Part shown: one piece after another, positions 40,513 through 53,861 of the stretch
Layout: each line of letters opens with the position of its first letter
Position numbering within the stretch: position 1 is the stretch's first letter
NCBI GenBank assembly: GCA_964016885.1
Contig: OZ024757.1
Coordinates: 16,182,001 to 16,246,000 of the forward strand
Direction: 5' to 3'
From: Eledone cirrhosa
Taxonomy: Eukaryota
DNA length: 64,000 nt
Position numbers and translations under genes: made by a program
The notes under the pieces: model-generated
What the model was told of the DNA's origin: nothing
Seen by the model: only the letters and a program-made list of their open reading frames with translations
Databases searched by the model: none

Positions 40513-41508
40513 GGGCGGTGGATTGGCACTATCGGTAGAGGGTCGGACGCCATGCTTTCAAGCATAGTTACGTCCCTTTACGATCTGAGTTCAAATCCCG
40601 CCGAGGTTGACTTTGCCTTTCATCCTTACGGGGTCGATAAAATAAAGTACCAGTAATGCACTGGGTAATTGCTGGCCTTGTGCCTAAAGTAGAAACAATT
40701 ATTATATTGCTAGATTGGGAGTATCGGTAGCGAGTCGGACGCCATGCTTTGCAGCAAAGAGTTACGGCCCTTTATGGTTTGAGTTCAAATCCCGCCGAGG
40801 TAAACTTTGCCTTTCATCCTTACGGGGTCGATAAAATAAAGTACCAGTAATTCACTGAGTAATTGCTGGCCTTGTGCCTAAAGTAGAAACAATTATTTTA
40901 TCCGTTTGCAGAAGCAGAATCTATACAACAGTATGGATTCGGCAGCAGTAACCATTGTACAGTACAGAGCAGGCGTTTACCAACCTTTTTATTTTGGGGG
41001 AACCCAAACGTTGCTTAAAAATTATTTTATATCATTATTATATACCGTTGGGTGGACTGGCAGTATCGGTAGAGGGTCGGATGCCATACTTTCCAGCATA
41101 GTTACGTCCCTGTAAAATCTGAGTTCAAATCCCGCCGAGGTTGACTTTGCCTTTCATCCTTACGGGGTCGATAAAATAAAGTACTACTAATGCACTGGGT
41201 AATTGCTGGCCTTGTGCCAAAAGTAGAAACAATTATTATATACCGTTGGGGTCGACGAAATAAAGTACCGGTTGCTGGCATTGTGCAAAAAGTAGAAGTT
41301 ATTATATACCATCATTATTTCAAGCGATTGGCAGTATCAGTGGAGGGTCGGACGCCATGCTTTCCAGCATAGTTACGTCCCTTTACGATCTGAGTTCAAA
41401 TCCCACCGAGGTTGACTTTGCCTTTCATCCTTACGGGGTCGATAAAATAAAGTACCAGTAATGCACTGGGTTATTGCTGGCCTTGTGCCTAAAGTAGAAA
41501 CAATTATT
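40513..41508 (+). mobile_element. Four SINE family 1 copies in the same orientation, three with TSDs
   Basis: 40513-40705 (TSD ttattatattgc), 40712-40898, 41049-41240 (TSD attattatataccgttggg), 41326-41508 (TSD attatt(t)tcaagcg). Confidence 0.9.
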
Positions 41509-41575
41509 TCAAGCGTTAATCTAATATATTCCTTCCATATACTGTACCAATTGTGTTGTTATTTCTGTTTCCCTT

Positions 41576-41620
<45 letters not shown>

Positions 41621-41623
<3 letters not shown>

Positions 41624-41812
41624 AAGGAAAAGAGTCAGCACCTCTACGGCTGAACTCCAGCCGTTTCGACAGCTAGGATCTAGCTGTCGAAACGGCTGGA
41701 GTTCAGCCGTCGGGGTGCTGACTCTTTTCCTATTACCCAGTCTACTACCCTAACTGTCGAATACTCTGGTGCGTTATGGTCCACCTGGTTTCCTACTACA
41801 CTTTCCTTGTCC
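41621..41812. mobile_element. Family C palindromic element (subfamily)
   Basis: Arms around ctag-gat-ctag; GAAACGGCTG-gagtt-CAGCCGTC. Confidence 0.85.
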
Positions 41813-42804
41813 TTATATATATATATAGGTTTGGTGACATATTTTAACCTGAGGCCTCGGTTACAGAGAGTGAGAGGAAGTGAAGAGAGTGAGAGGAAGT
41901 GAAGAGAGTGAGAGGAAGTGAAGAGAGTGAGAGGAAGTGAAGAGAGTGAGAGGAAACTTCGGCCTATAGCCTGAAAGTGTGTCTCGAGACGAGAGGCTCA
42001 TCAGGTCGGTGCTTATTCCGGTTTCCGTGTCGTGATGCGACAGAGTTCAAGACTTCCCCTGGACAGGATGCCAGTCTATCTCAGTATTAAAGAATGTTCC
42101 AAGCTCGGAGACTTATCAGACCCATGCTCATCGCGGTTTCTGTGGTGTGAAGAATCTGAGAGTATAACATCCCCCCCGGACATGACGCTAGACGATCGCA
42201 AGGTTAAACCCCCAGCTATTGCTGATACTCATTTTCAGCTGAGTATACTAGAACAACGTGTAATAAAGTGTTTTGCTCAAGAACACAACACAAAATCCAC
42301 TCCAGGAATTGAACCCATGACATTATAATCGTAAGTCCAGCCCCCTTACTATTAGGCCACGCGCCTTCACTGTATAAACTGGAGTAACGTGAAATAAAGT
42401 GTTTTACTCAAGAATACTAATACATAATCCGGTCCAAGAATCGAACCCACGAGCCCAACACCTTTACCACTGAGCTACACACCGCCACTTTCGACCCCCA
42501 AAACAGGACTACTGTTTCATTTATCGACCTCGAAAGGATGAAAGACAAAGTCGACCTCGGCGGGATTTGATTATCGGGATGCAGAAATCTCCAATGATAT
42601 GGCAAAGCATTCTCACCATCGCGAGGAGACTGAAAAGTTCATAGCATGACTTACTATGAAGGAGTGATGCTGGAGCTGTGAAATCTTACAAATTGGCCGA
42701 GTTGTTTGATCAAAAGCCGTGGTATCTCTTACGGCTCTCTACACACTGTGCTTGCATTCCTCCGAGTGAACATTGCTTTTCCTCCTTTCGAGATGAAGAA
42801 ATAC

Positions 42805-43295
42805 GAATGTGGGTTGAAATGCTCATAAGCTGACTATAAATGAGTGATGCTAGAGCTGTGAAATGTGACATGCATTAATTTCGACTCTGCTTTTTAATAA
42901 CAGCATTGTTTCTTCCCAGGGACTATGTTGAAAAATAAACTTCAGTTTCCCCAACATGAAAGTAAACTTCCTCTGTTCCCCAACATGAAAAATCCATTGG
43001 CTGGGAACCAGTATCGTAGTGATGGTGACATCTTTTTACTAACAGTATAAAATCTTCTTCACCAATGATATCCAAGCACCGAGATGCTGGTGGAATAAGT
43101 GTGTAGACCGCAAAGGGGGACTATGTTGAAAAATACACCTCATTTGGTCATTCCATGAGAGTATCTTGTTCAGCCAATCAACTTTTCAGCCGATCCTCGT
43201 ACATGATTCTTTCAGGGGACTGTTGAAAAATAAACCTCATTTGGTCATTCCATGAGAGTATCTTGGTCAGCCTATGAGCTTTTCAATGGACCCCC
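42805..43295 (+). mobile_element. Internally deleted mariner with transposase tail and TIRs
   Basis: LFPNMK..LAGNQYRSD...WNKCVDRK.GDYVEK and TIR ttttcagccgatcctcgTA at 43201. Confidence 0.85.
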
Positions 43296-43972
43296 TTAAA
43301 CACTCGGCCATCTTCAGTAAATATTCACAGTAATAATTCTCCACGCAACATATCTAATCAAACATTCAAGGTAAATTATACAGAATTTATGTAAAATGTA
43401 TGAGAGTATTTAGCTATGGTATGGTCCTGTACTCCAAATAGAGTCGTAGGAGCGCCGTATTAACATACGGCGTTTCTTGGGCATTTTAAACCCTGGCAGA
43501 GCCCATGCTTCTCTTGGCCTGAGTACAGCAAATTTCTTCCAGAGACCTTAACCCTGATCCTAACCCTGGCAGAACCCATCCGTCTCCTGGCCTGAGTACA
43601 GCAGATTTCTTCCAGAGAGACGAAAATTCGACCCCAGTAATTGACTGGTACTTTTTTATCGACCTCGAAAGGATGAAAGGCAATTTGAACTCAGCGGGAT
43701 TTGAACTCAGAGAGCTGAAATGAATACCACAAAGGGTTCTATCCCACGTTCTAACGACTCTGCCAATTCGCCATCTGTTTTTCTATCCTCTGTATAAATA
43801 TCGCTGAACTTGTGTAAGGAATACATTTGAACACAATCTATTGTTATACGGACAATGAATTCTATCAAATATGTATGTATATGTATTATACGCAATACAA
43901 TTGACAAAGATTTTTAACTGACTATATTTCAAATTGATAATGAAACACACGAACATGTGTATATACACACAC

Positions 43973-44017
<45 letters not shown>

Positions 44018-44036
44018 CATACATACATACATACAT

Positions 44037-44069
<33 letters not shown>

Positions 44070-44299
44070 TATGTATGAATATATATACATGCATGTATGT
44101 ATATATATATGAATATATATGAATAGATATATATATATATATATATATAAGTAACTATTGACAGTAAACATGCATACACATATATATTAGATGAGAGAGA
44201 GAGAGAGTGTGTGAGGGTGGGGTGTAAATATGCATGCAGGTATACGTACAATCTTGAATACCAAATACGTTGATTAGTAGAGTAGAAAGAAGCAACAGG

Positions 44300-44965
44300 T
44301 CATGTACTGTATCTCTACTGTATAGCTGCAGTAGTATTACAGCAGGTAGCCCTATTATTTCTACTGCATCTCTACTGATATTACAGCACAACAGGCCTAC
44401 GATTTCTACTGCATCTCTACTGCAATTCGAACACCGCACTCTTGTCACTTCTACTGGCATCTCTACTGCCATTACAACACAACAATCCTACAACTTCTAC
44501 TGCTATTACAACACACCATCCCTACCATTTCTACTGCAATTCTACTGTTATTACAACACAGCAGTCCTACCACTTCTACTGCAATTCTACTGCTATTACA
44601 ACACAGCAGTCCTACCACTTCTACTGCAATTCTACTGCTATTACAACACAGCAGTCCTACCACTCCTACTGCATCTCTACTGCTATTACAACACAGCACC
44701 CCTACCACTTCTACTGCATCAACTGCTATTACAACACAGCAGTGCTACCATCTCTACTGCATCTCTACTGCTATTAAAACACAGCACCCCTACCACTTCT
44801 CCTGCAATTCTACTGCTATTACAACACAGCACCCCAACCACTTCTACTGCATCTCTACTGCTATTACAACACAGCACCCCAACCACTTCTACTGCATCTC
44901 TACTGCTATTACAACACAGCACCCCAACCACTTCTACTGCATCTCTACTGCTATTACAATACAAC
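44300..44965. repeat. About 45-bp degenerate minisatellite
   Basis: Unit ctactgcatctctactgctattacaacacagcaccccaaccactt. Confidence 0.9.
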
Positions 44966-45200
44966 AACCTAAGCAAACACTGTATTTGTATGTGCGTGCG
45001 TGCAGTGCGCCCTTGCATAGTTGTGTGTCTGTGTGCATGTATATACGCATGTGTACATGCATATACGTGTAAATATGTGAATATATAGGTGTGTATGTAT
45101 ATACGAATGTATATATGCACCCATATAGCATTTGTGCATGCAACTATGCATCTATATATGCACGTATGCATGAATGTACGCATGTATATATGCATGCACG

Positions 45201-45249
<49 letters not shown>

Positions 45250-45771
45250 GCATGCACACATGTACGCATGCACGTATATATGCAAGCACGTGTATATGTA
45301 AGTACGCATGCACATGTAGGCTTCTATATAGGCATGTTCGAATATATATATATATATATGGGTGTGTGTTTATGTACGTGCATATTTATGTACGTGCATG
45401 TGTGTATATATGTGTGTGAGTACGTGTATGTATGCATGTATAGATGCGTGTGTGTGTGAGGGGGGGGGGCATGTGGTAGCTAACGTAGATTCTATTTTTG
45501 TACTAAATATAAACTCGTACTACCGCACATGTGACTGGATAAACACACATGCCGACGAATGCTGAATCATGTGCCATATATACATACATGACACGTGTGT
45601 GTATATATATATATATATATATACTCACGTGTGTTATATATATATATATATATATATATACAAACACACACACACACACATATATACACAATCATGGATA
45701 TATATTTACTTACACACACATATATAAAAATATATGTATGTATGTATTTATGTATGTATGTGTATATACCA

Positions 45772-45804
<33 letters not shown>

Positions 45805-45849
45805 CATCTATGTATGCATTCGTGTATATATATACATACATAAATGGAT

Positions 45850-46060
45850 TGACTTTCGTCAAATCGGACCTAGGACACAATGTTTCCGTTGGTCTTTCCA
45901 ATTGCTAATACTATCTATCGGTCGCAACTCCAGGTAGAAGGAACAACGTGAAATAAAGTGTCTTGCTCAAGGACATAACGCATCGCCCGGTCCAGGAATC
46001 GAACTTACAACCTCATGATTGTGAATCCAATTCTCTAACCACTCAGCCACACGCCTTCAC
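45850..46060 (-). mobile_element. CORE-type SINE family 2
   Basis: Minus strand: gtgaaggcgtgTGGCTGAGTGGttag ... GTTCGATTCC ... gtccttgagcaagacactttatttcac. Confidence 0.85.
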
Positions 46061-46420
46061 TCTCAGCCACACGCCTTCACTCTCAGCCACACGCCTTCAC
46101 TCTCAGCCACACGCCTTCACTCTCAGCCACACGCCTTCACTCTCAGCCACACGCCTTCACTCTCAGCCACACGCCTTCACTCTCAGCCACACGCCTTCAC
46201 TCTCAGCCACACGCCTTCACTCTCAGCCACACGCCTTCACTCTCAGCCACACGCCTTCACTCTCAGCCACACGCCTTCACTCTCAGCCACACGCCTTCAC
46301 TCTCAGCCACACGCCTTCACACTCAGCCACACGCCTTCACACTCAGCCACACGCCTTCACACTCAGCCACACGCCTTCACTCTCAGCCACACGCCTTCAC
46401 TCTCAGCCACACGCCTTCAC
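46041..46420. repeat. 20-bp tandem array (19 copies) of the SINE head
   Basis: Unit (t/a)ctcagccacacgccttcac. Confidence 0.95.
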
Positions 46421-46596
46421 TAATATATATATACATATATATACATATATATATTTATATATACATATATATATTTATATATAATGATTAAAGAGGTTCA
46501 ATGAATAAATCCATGAATAAAGTTTCAAAATAGATTAGAAGCACTCCACAAGGAGGATTTCTGGAGTTAATAAATATAGACATTAATGTGATCAAA

Positions 46597-46662
46597 TATT
46601 TTATTATACATATTTCAAAGGTACTGAGCTATTTCAACAGTACGTCCTCATCAGATAAAATA
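46597..46662 (-). ncRNA. Type I hammerhead ribozyme (family E), intact core
   Basis: tattttat-CTGATGA-ggac gtactg..cagtac cttt-GAAA-tatgta-TA-ataaaata; 8-bp perfect stem I. Confidence 0.75.
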
Positions 46663-46842
46663 AGTTGATGCTTGACATACCTCGACTATGTTGATGGTTA
46701 TAATTTAGTCATGGCAGTGATTAGTTATGACAAAACTCAATATTTATATACCTTAAGTTGAAACATATATTTGATCACATGTATGTCTATAGTAATGTCT
46801 ATATTTAGTAATATTTTGAAGTTATATATATATATATATATA

Positions 46843-46910
<68 letters not shown>

Positions 46911-46978
46911 ATACGCCTAATTTGATGATATCGCAATCTGGAGAATCTGGCTATACTTCTGTTACTACTGTAATGGAT

Positions 46979-47091
<113 letters not shown>

Positions 47092-47619
47092 AAGAGAGAG
47101 AGAGAGCACTGGATTTCTGACATATCGGATACATACATGTAGACATACACATACAACACATACATATATATATACACATACAGCAAATAAATACTAAACA
47201 CTTAACATAAATGTACACACACACACACACACACAACACACTAACACAAACATACAAACAAAGGAACACACGACACACTCAAACACACGACACACTCAAA
47301 CACACGACACACTCAAACACACGACACACTCAAACACACGACACACTCAAACACACACGACACTCAAACACACATACACAAACACATACACACAGAAACA
47401 CACATGAGACGCACACAAAACACACTCAAACACACACGGCACACTCAAAACACACACCTACACACACACACAGCACGCAAACACACACACTCACAGCACG
47501 CAAACACACACACACACACAAACAGACAGACATAAAATGTAAATACTCAACATATGCACACACACACACTACACAGCACAACACAGTCACACAGAAAACA
47601 CGCAGAACTTTTACACACA

Positions 47620-48125
47620 CACAGGGCCCTCCTATACACACAGAGAGAGCCTTCCTAAACACACAGAGGGCCCTCCTAAACACACACACACAGGGCCTCC
47701 TACACACACATATATATACAGAGCCCGCCTAAACACACACAGAGCCCTCTATACACACACACAGGGCCTCCTACACACATATATATACAGAGCCCGCCTA
47801 AACACACACAGCGCCCTCTAAACACACACCAGGGCCTCCTGCACACATATATATACAGAGCCCGCCTAAACACACACAGCGCCCTCTATACTCACACACA
47901 GGGCCTCCTACACACATATATATACAGAGCCCGCCTAAACACACACAGAGCCCTCTATACACACACACAGGGCCTCCTACACACATATATATACAGAGCC
48001 CGCCTAAACACACACAGCGCCCTCTAAACACACACACAGGGCCTCCTGCACACATATATATACAGAGCCCGCCTAAACACACACAGCGCCCTCTATACTC
48101 ACACACAGGGCCTCCTACACACATA
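47620..48125. repeat. About 69-bp minisatellite (about 6 copies)
   Basis: cagggcctcctacacacatatatatacagagcccgcctaaacac... Confidence 0.9.
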
Positions 48126-48277
48126 TATTCGGGGCCTTCCTACGCAGTCCACACACATATATACACAGAGACACAAAACCGTGCGGGTGAAATCTACAGT
48201 TTCTCACTTCAAACATATGCTTGCACATACATATACACACACGTTCAGAAAATAAATCAGTCATATGCACGCGCCGG

Positions 48278-48323
<46 letters not shown>

Positions 48324-48404
48324 GTTATTCCGGGTTGAATCGGAGGTAACCACAGTAAGTAAGGTACTCAATACATAGCAGAGTATAAAAGTTTTAATAT
48401 AGAT

Positions 48405-48457
48405 GAGATTCTACAGGACTAGAACTATTTCATTCTTTAGAAATCATCAGGAATCTC
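48405..48457 (-). ncRNA. Antisense-arm hammerhead ribozyme (family B)
   Basis: Mirror copy; one C>T change in stem III gives a U-G wobble. Confidence 0.75.
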
Positions 48458-48465
48458 CTGATCAT

Positions 48466-48518
48466 GAGATTCCTGATGATTTCTAAAGAATGAAACAGTT
48501 CTAGTCCTGTAGAATCTC
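48466..48518 (+). ncRNA. Type I hammerhead ribozyme (family B)
   Basis: gagattc-CTGATGA-t ttc taaa gaa t-GAAA-cag ttctagtc ctg-TA-gaatctc; predicted cleavage after 48511. Confidence 0.8.
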
Positions 48519-48532
48519 ATCTATATTAAAAC

Positions 48533-48567
<35 letters not shown>

Positions 48568-49286
48568 AGATGCAGTGTGCAAATACAGCAGGATTTCTTG
48601 TATACGTGTAAAACAATCGGATTTCAATTCCAATTTCAGCGAAGATAGATAAAAAGTTTAAAAGAAATCATTAAATAATATATATGTGCATGTGTGTTTG
48701 TGTGTGTGTTTATGTACATATGCATCTATATATATATATATATGTGTGTGTGTATGCATGTATATATATATGTGTGTGTTTGTGTGTGTGTTTATGTACA
48801 TAAATAATTTATATGTATGTATGCATGTATATATATATATGTGCATGTGTGTTTGTGTGTGTGTTTATGTACATAAATAATTTATATGTATGTATGCATG
48901 TATATATATATATGTGCATGTGTGTTTGTGTGTGTGTTTATGTACATAAATAATTTATATGTATGTATGCATGTATATATATATATATGTGCATGTGTGT
49001 TTGTGTGTGTGTTTATGTACATAAATAATTTATATGTATGTATGCATGTATATATATATATATGTGTGTTTGTGTATGTTTGTGTATTATATATATATAT
49101 ATATGTGTGTGTGTGCGTATGTATGCATGTATGTATATATATGTATATGTGTATATATGTATGTATATATTGATTATATATTGATTATATACACATGTAT
49201 GCATATTTTTAAGCTACCGTAACTACTACTGTTTTATTTTAATTTTAAACAACTAGAAATACCCTGGACTATGTCTTAGTTTGCAC

Positions 49287-49317
<31 letters not shown>

Positions 49318-49648
49318 TATTTATATATGTATATATATGTATATATAAATATAGATATTTATATATATATATATATGTGTATATATTTATATATGTATAT
49401 ATATATTTATATATGTGTATATATGTATATATATATATAGATATTTATATATATATATATATTTATATACATATATATATACATGCGTGTCTGTGTGTGT
49501 ATATATGCATATATACACACAGTAATGGACTATGTATTAGTAAGCACTGTATGCATGTGTATATATATATATCTATGTATATATATTTATGTATATAGAT
49601 TTATGTATATAGATTTATGTATATAGATACACATGCATACACAGTGCT

Positions 49649-49845
<197 letters not shown>

Positions 49846-50039
49846 GTGCGTGCGTTTTTGTGTGTGAATGTACTGAGAGGCGTGCAAATATATTGTACAT
49901 ACGATTTGCATATTTGTGATAAAAATCTATCTCCACAATAACACACATACATCAATATATTTCCCGGTAATTTCTAAGAAGTCAAGTATCTAATAGTGGT
50001 TTCCTTGGTTGCTTAGATTCATTTTTGTTTTCACAGTCA

Positions 50040-50445
50040 ATAGAGCATCGGACAACATGCTTTGTGGCGGCATATAATAACGAGTATGTCTCTTTACGTT
50101 CTGAGTTCAAATCCCGTTGAGCTTAGCTTTGCCTTTCATCCTTACGGGGTCGATAAAATAAAGTACCAGTAATGTATTGGATTTGATTTAATCGACATTA
50201 CCCTCTACCAAAATTGTTGGCCTTATACCTAAATCAGAAACCCTTTCTATAGCATTTTAAGAGCAGTGGATTGGTAGAGCGTCGGACAACATGCTTAGTG
50301 GCATAGAGTTATGTCACTTTACGTTTTGAATTTAAATCCCGCTAAGGTTCCCTTTGCCTTCCATCCTTACGTGGTCGATAAAATAAAGTACCAGTAATGC
50401 ACTGGGTAATTGCTGGCCTTGTGCCAAAAGTAGAAACAATTATTA
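50040..50445 (+). mobile_element. Two SINE family 1 copies
   Basis: Consensus match. Confidence 0.85.
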
Positions 50446-50864
50446 AATATATCTATGAGAATTATTAGTAAAACGCCCTTTAAAATCCTGTTGTATTATT
50501 TCTTCTTGAAATTTATATCCTGAGTTCAAATCCCACCAAAGCCAGCATTGTGTTTCTGCCAATTTCTGGAATCGATATAATCAATTTTCCACCCGCCGCT
50601 AAAATTACTAAACTTTTACCTAAGTATAGACACCATTATCATATATGGTAATGCCCCAGCATGGACACCGCTGTATAATTTAAAACCGGTAAATGATATT
50701 AAATTTTAAAGCCTTCCCCCACGAAACACCTAAGCATAGATTCCCCAAGCCCCCAGCATAGTCACAGCTGTATGATTAGAGTTAGTATAAAATACGAAAT
50801 GTAACCGAATGATAGGATCTACAACTGTTTCGAGTCTTATGGCTTCCCCAAGCTCACTAAACAA

Positions 50865-51065
50865 GGCTCAGCTGAAAGGTTCATAGTCTGACCAAGATAC
50901 TCTCATGGACTGACCAAATGAGGTTTATTTTTCAACATTGTCCCTGGAAAGAAACAATGCACGTCATTAATAAGAAGAGGTGAAATTAATGCATGCAAGA
51001 TTTCACAGCTCTAGCATCACTCCTTCAAAGGCTGACCAAGATACTCTCATGGAATGACCAAATGA
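50865..51065 (-). mobile_element. Mariner-derived MITE
   Basis: Reverse complement of the MITE consensus. Confidence 0.85.
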
Positions 51066-51120
51066 CGATGTTCGGCTCTTTTACCCGGTCCAGAATTGCA
51101 CTGGCTGATAGCACCTACAC

Positions 51121-52550
51121 TGGAAAGACCAATGAAAACCGTTTCTTTATTCCGATCTGATTGACCGTTTCCTTTCTTTTGCCAGAAGTTGCAACCGAGA
51201 GATAGTATCAAGAGTGGAAAGACCAATGAAAAGCGTTTCTTTATTCCGATCTGATTGACCGTTTCCTTTCTTTTGCCAGAAGTTGCAACCGAGAGATAGT
51301 ATCAAGAGTGGAAAGACCAATGAAAAGCGTTTCTTTATTCCGATCTGATTGACCGTTTCCTTTCTTTTGCCAGAAGTTGCAACCGAGAGATAGTATCAAG
51401 AGTGGAAAGACCAATGAAAAGCGTTTCTTTATTCCGATCTGATTGACCGTTTCCTTTCTTTTGCCAGAAGTTGCAACCGAGAGATAGTATCAAGAGTGGA
51501 AAGACCAATGAAAAGCGTTTCTTTATTCCGATCTGATTGACCGTTTCCTTTCTTTTGCCAGAAGTTGCAACCGAGAGATAGTATCAAGAGTGGAAAGACC
51601 AATGAAAAGCGTTTCTTTATTCCGATCTGATTGACCGTTTCCTTTCTTTTGCCAGAAGTTGCAACCGAGAGATAGTATCAAGAGTGGAAAGACCAATGAA
51701 AACCATTTCTTTATTCCGATCTGATTGACCGTTTCCTTTCTTTTGCCAGAAGTTGCAACCGAGAGATAGTATCAAGAGTGGAAAGACCAATGAAAAGCGT
51801 TTCTTTATTCCGATCTGATTGACCGTTTCCTTTCTTTTGCCAGAAGTTGCAACCGAGAGATAGTATCAAGAGTGGAAAGACCAATGAAAAGCGTTTCTTT
51901 ATTCCGATCTGATTGACCGTTTCCTTTCTTTTGCCAGAAGTTGCAACCGAGAGATAGTATCAAGAGTGGAAAGACCAATGAAAAGCGTTTCTTTATTCCG
52001 ATCTGATTGACCGTTTCCTTTCTTTTGCCAGAAGTTGCAACCGAGAGATAGTATCAAGAGTGGAAAGACCAATGAAAACCATTTCTTTATTCCGATCTGA
52101 TTGACCGTTTCCTTTCTTTTGCCAGAAGTTGCAACCGAGAGATAGTATCAAGAGTGGAAAGACCAATGAAAAGCGTTTCTTTATTCCGATCTGATTGACC
52201 GTTTCCTTTCTTTTGCCAGAAGTTGCAACCGAGAGATAGTATCAAGAGTGGAAAGACCAATGAAAAGCGTTTCTTTATTCCGATCTGATTGACCGTTTCC
52301 TTTCTTTTGCCAGAAGTTGCAACCGAGAGATAGTATCAAGAGTGGAAAGACCAATGAAAAGCGTTTCTTTATTCCGATCTGATTGACCGTTTCCTTTCTT
52401 TTGCCAGAAGTTGCAACCGAGAGATAGTATCAAGAGTGGAAAGACCAATGAAAAGCGTTTCTTTATTCCGATCTGATTGACCGTTTCCTTTCTTTTGCCA
52501 GAAGTTGCAACCGAGAGATAGTATCAAGAGTGGAAAGACCAATGAAAACA
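51121..52550. repeat. Homogeneous 94-bp tandem array (15 copies plus a partial)
   Basis: tggaaagacc recurs every 94 bp from 51121 to 52531; degenerate related units on both flanks. Confidence 0.95.
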
Positions 52551-52904
52551 GTGCCCTTAATACCATCCGTGGATTTGCGACTTTCTTCTATCAACATTGC
52601 GACAAGCTGAGAGTATCATGAAAGAACAACGGAAACAGTTTCCTTGGTCCGATTTGATGATCATCTCTTTTCTTTTGGCAGGAGCTCGACTCAGCGTATC
52701 AGTAAATGAAAGTCCAATGGATGCAGGCTGGAAATGACCCTCGTTCTCTTCTATAGACATAAACAGGTTTCATGGAGGCATGTTTGAAGTAAAAGTCTTT
52801 AGTCCAGACAATGTTGAATTAGTTTTAGATAGAAATACTAGACAAACGTTCTCGTCTAGAGTGACCAATAGAGAGGAAAAGACGTCCCTTTATTTGCCAT
52901 GTGT

Positions 52905-53210
52905 GTGTGAGGGGGGTGGGTATGTATGTTATAAGGCGTGTGACGGGGGGTATGTATGTTATAAGGCGTGTGTGAGGTGGGGAGAGGTATGTATGTTATA
53001 AGGCGTGTGGGGGGGGTATGTATGTTATAAGGCGTGTGTGAGGTGGGGAGAGGTATGTATGTTATAAGGCGTGTGTGTGAAGGGGGGAGGTATGTATGTT
53101 ATAAGGCGTGGGGGGGGGGTATGTATGTTATAAGGCGTGTGTGTGAAGGGGGGAGGTATGTATGTTATAAGGCGTGGGGGGGGGGGTATGTATGTTATAA
53201 GGCGTGTGTG
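52905..53210. repeat. G-rich minisatellite (gtatgtatgttataaggcgtg + G runs)
   Basis: About 9 variable units. Confidence 0.9.
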
Positions 53211-53282
53211 TGTGTGGTGTGGTGATATATGTGCGTGTGTGTGTGTGTGATTGTGAATATATGTTAGTATTAGTTTGCCGTG

Positions 53283-53334
<52 letters not shown>

Positions 53335-53524
53335 TGTTTCTGAGTTCCATAGCTTCCTCTCTAACATTAAAGACAGAATATGAATTGAAATGGATCGCGA
53401 ACTCTGCTAACGATGACAGAAAGCTTTAGAAAACTTAATAATTTCATTTCACAGCTGGAGTGCAAGAGCTCGATTTCATATCAAACGTCTGTGTATATTC
53501 TGTGTGTTTGTATGTGTGTATGTG

Positions 53525-53572
<48 letters not shown>

Positions 53573-53629
53573 CAAAGGGATATTCAACAAATATATCTAT
53601 TTATAACTGTTTCGAAGCACTCGACAGTT

Positions 53630-53775
53630 TTTCTGGAGTATATGTCAATATTTATAAAACAAACTTTGTATTTTATCTGATGAGAGCGTACCAAAATTGT
53701 GGTACCTTTCAAATATATATAATAGAATAAATATGGTTTTATAAATATAGTTTCCATTTATTAATAACATTGATA
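53630..53775 (+). mobile_element. Family E PLE-like fragment with degenerate hammerhead (53669-53729)
   Basis: CTGATGA intact, GAAA mutated to CAAA; inverted homolog at 57140-57275. Confidence 0.7.
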
Positions 53776-53810
53776 TATATATATATATATGTGTGTGTGT
53801 CTGTATGTAT

Positions 53811-53857
<47 letters not shown>

Positions 53858-53861
<4 letters not shown>

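Larger units (their letters stand above)
48323..48532. mobile_element. Family B palindromic double-hammerhead element
   Basis: 67-bp arms (48391-48457 / 48466-48532), unique extension from gttattccggg, (TA)n on both sides. Confidence 0.9.

Noticed and set aside
51121-52550. CRISPR array or retrozyme
   Set aside because: No unique spacers, no cas genes, eukaryotic context; CTGATTGA is not a hammerhead core and no fold could be built on either strand
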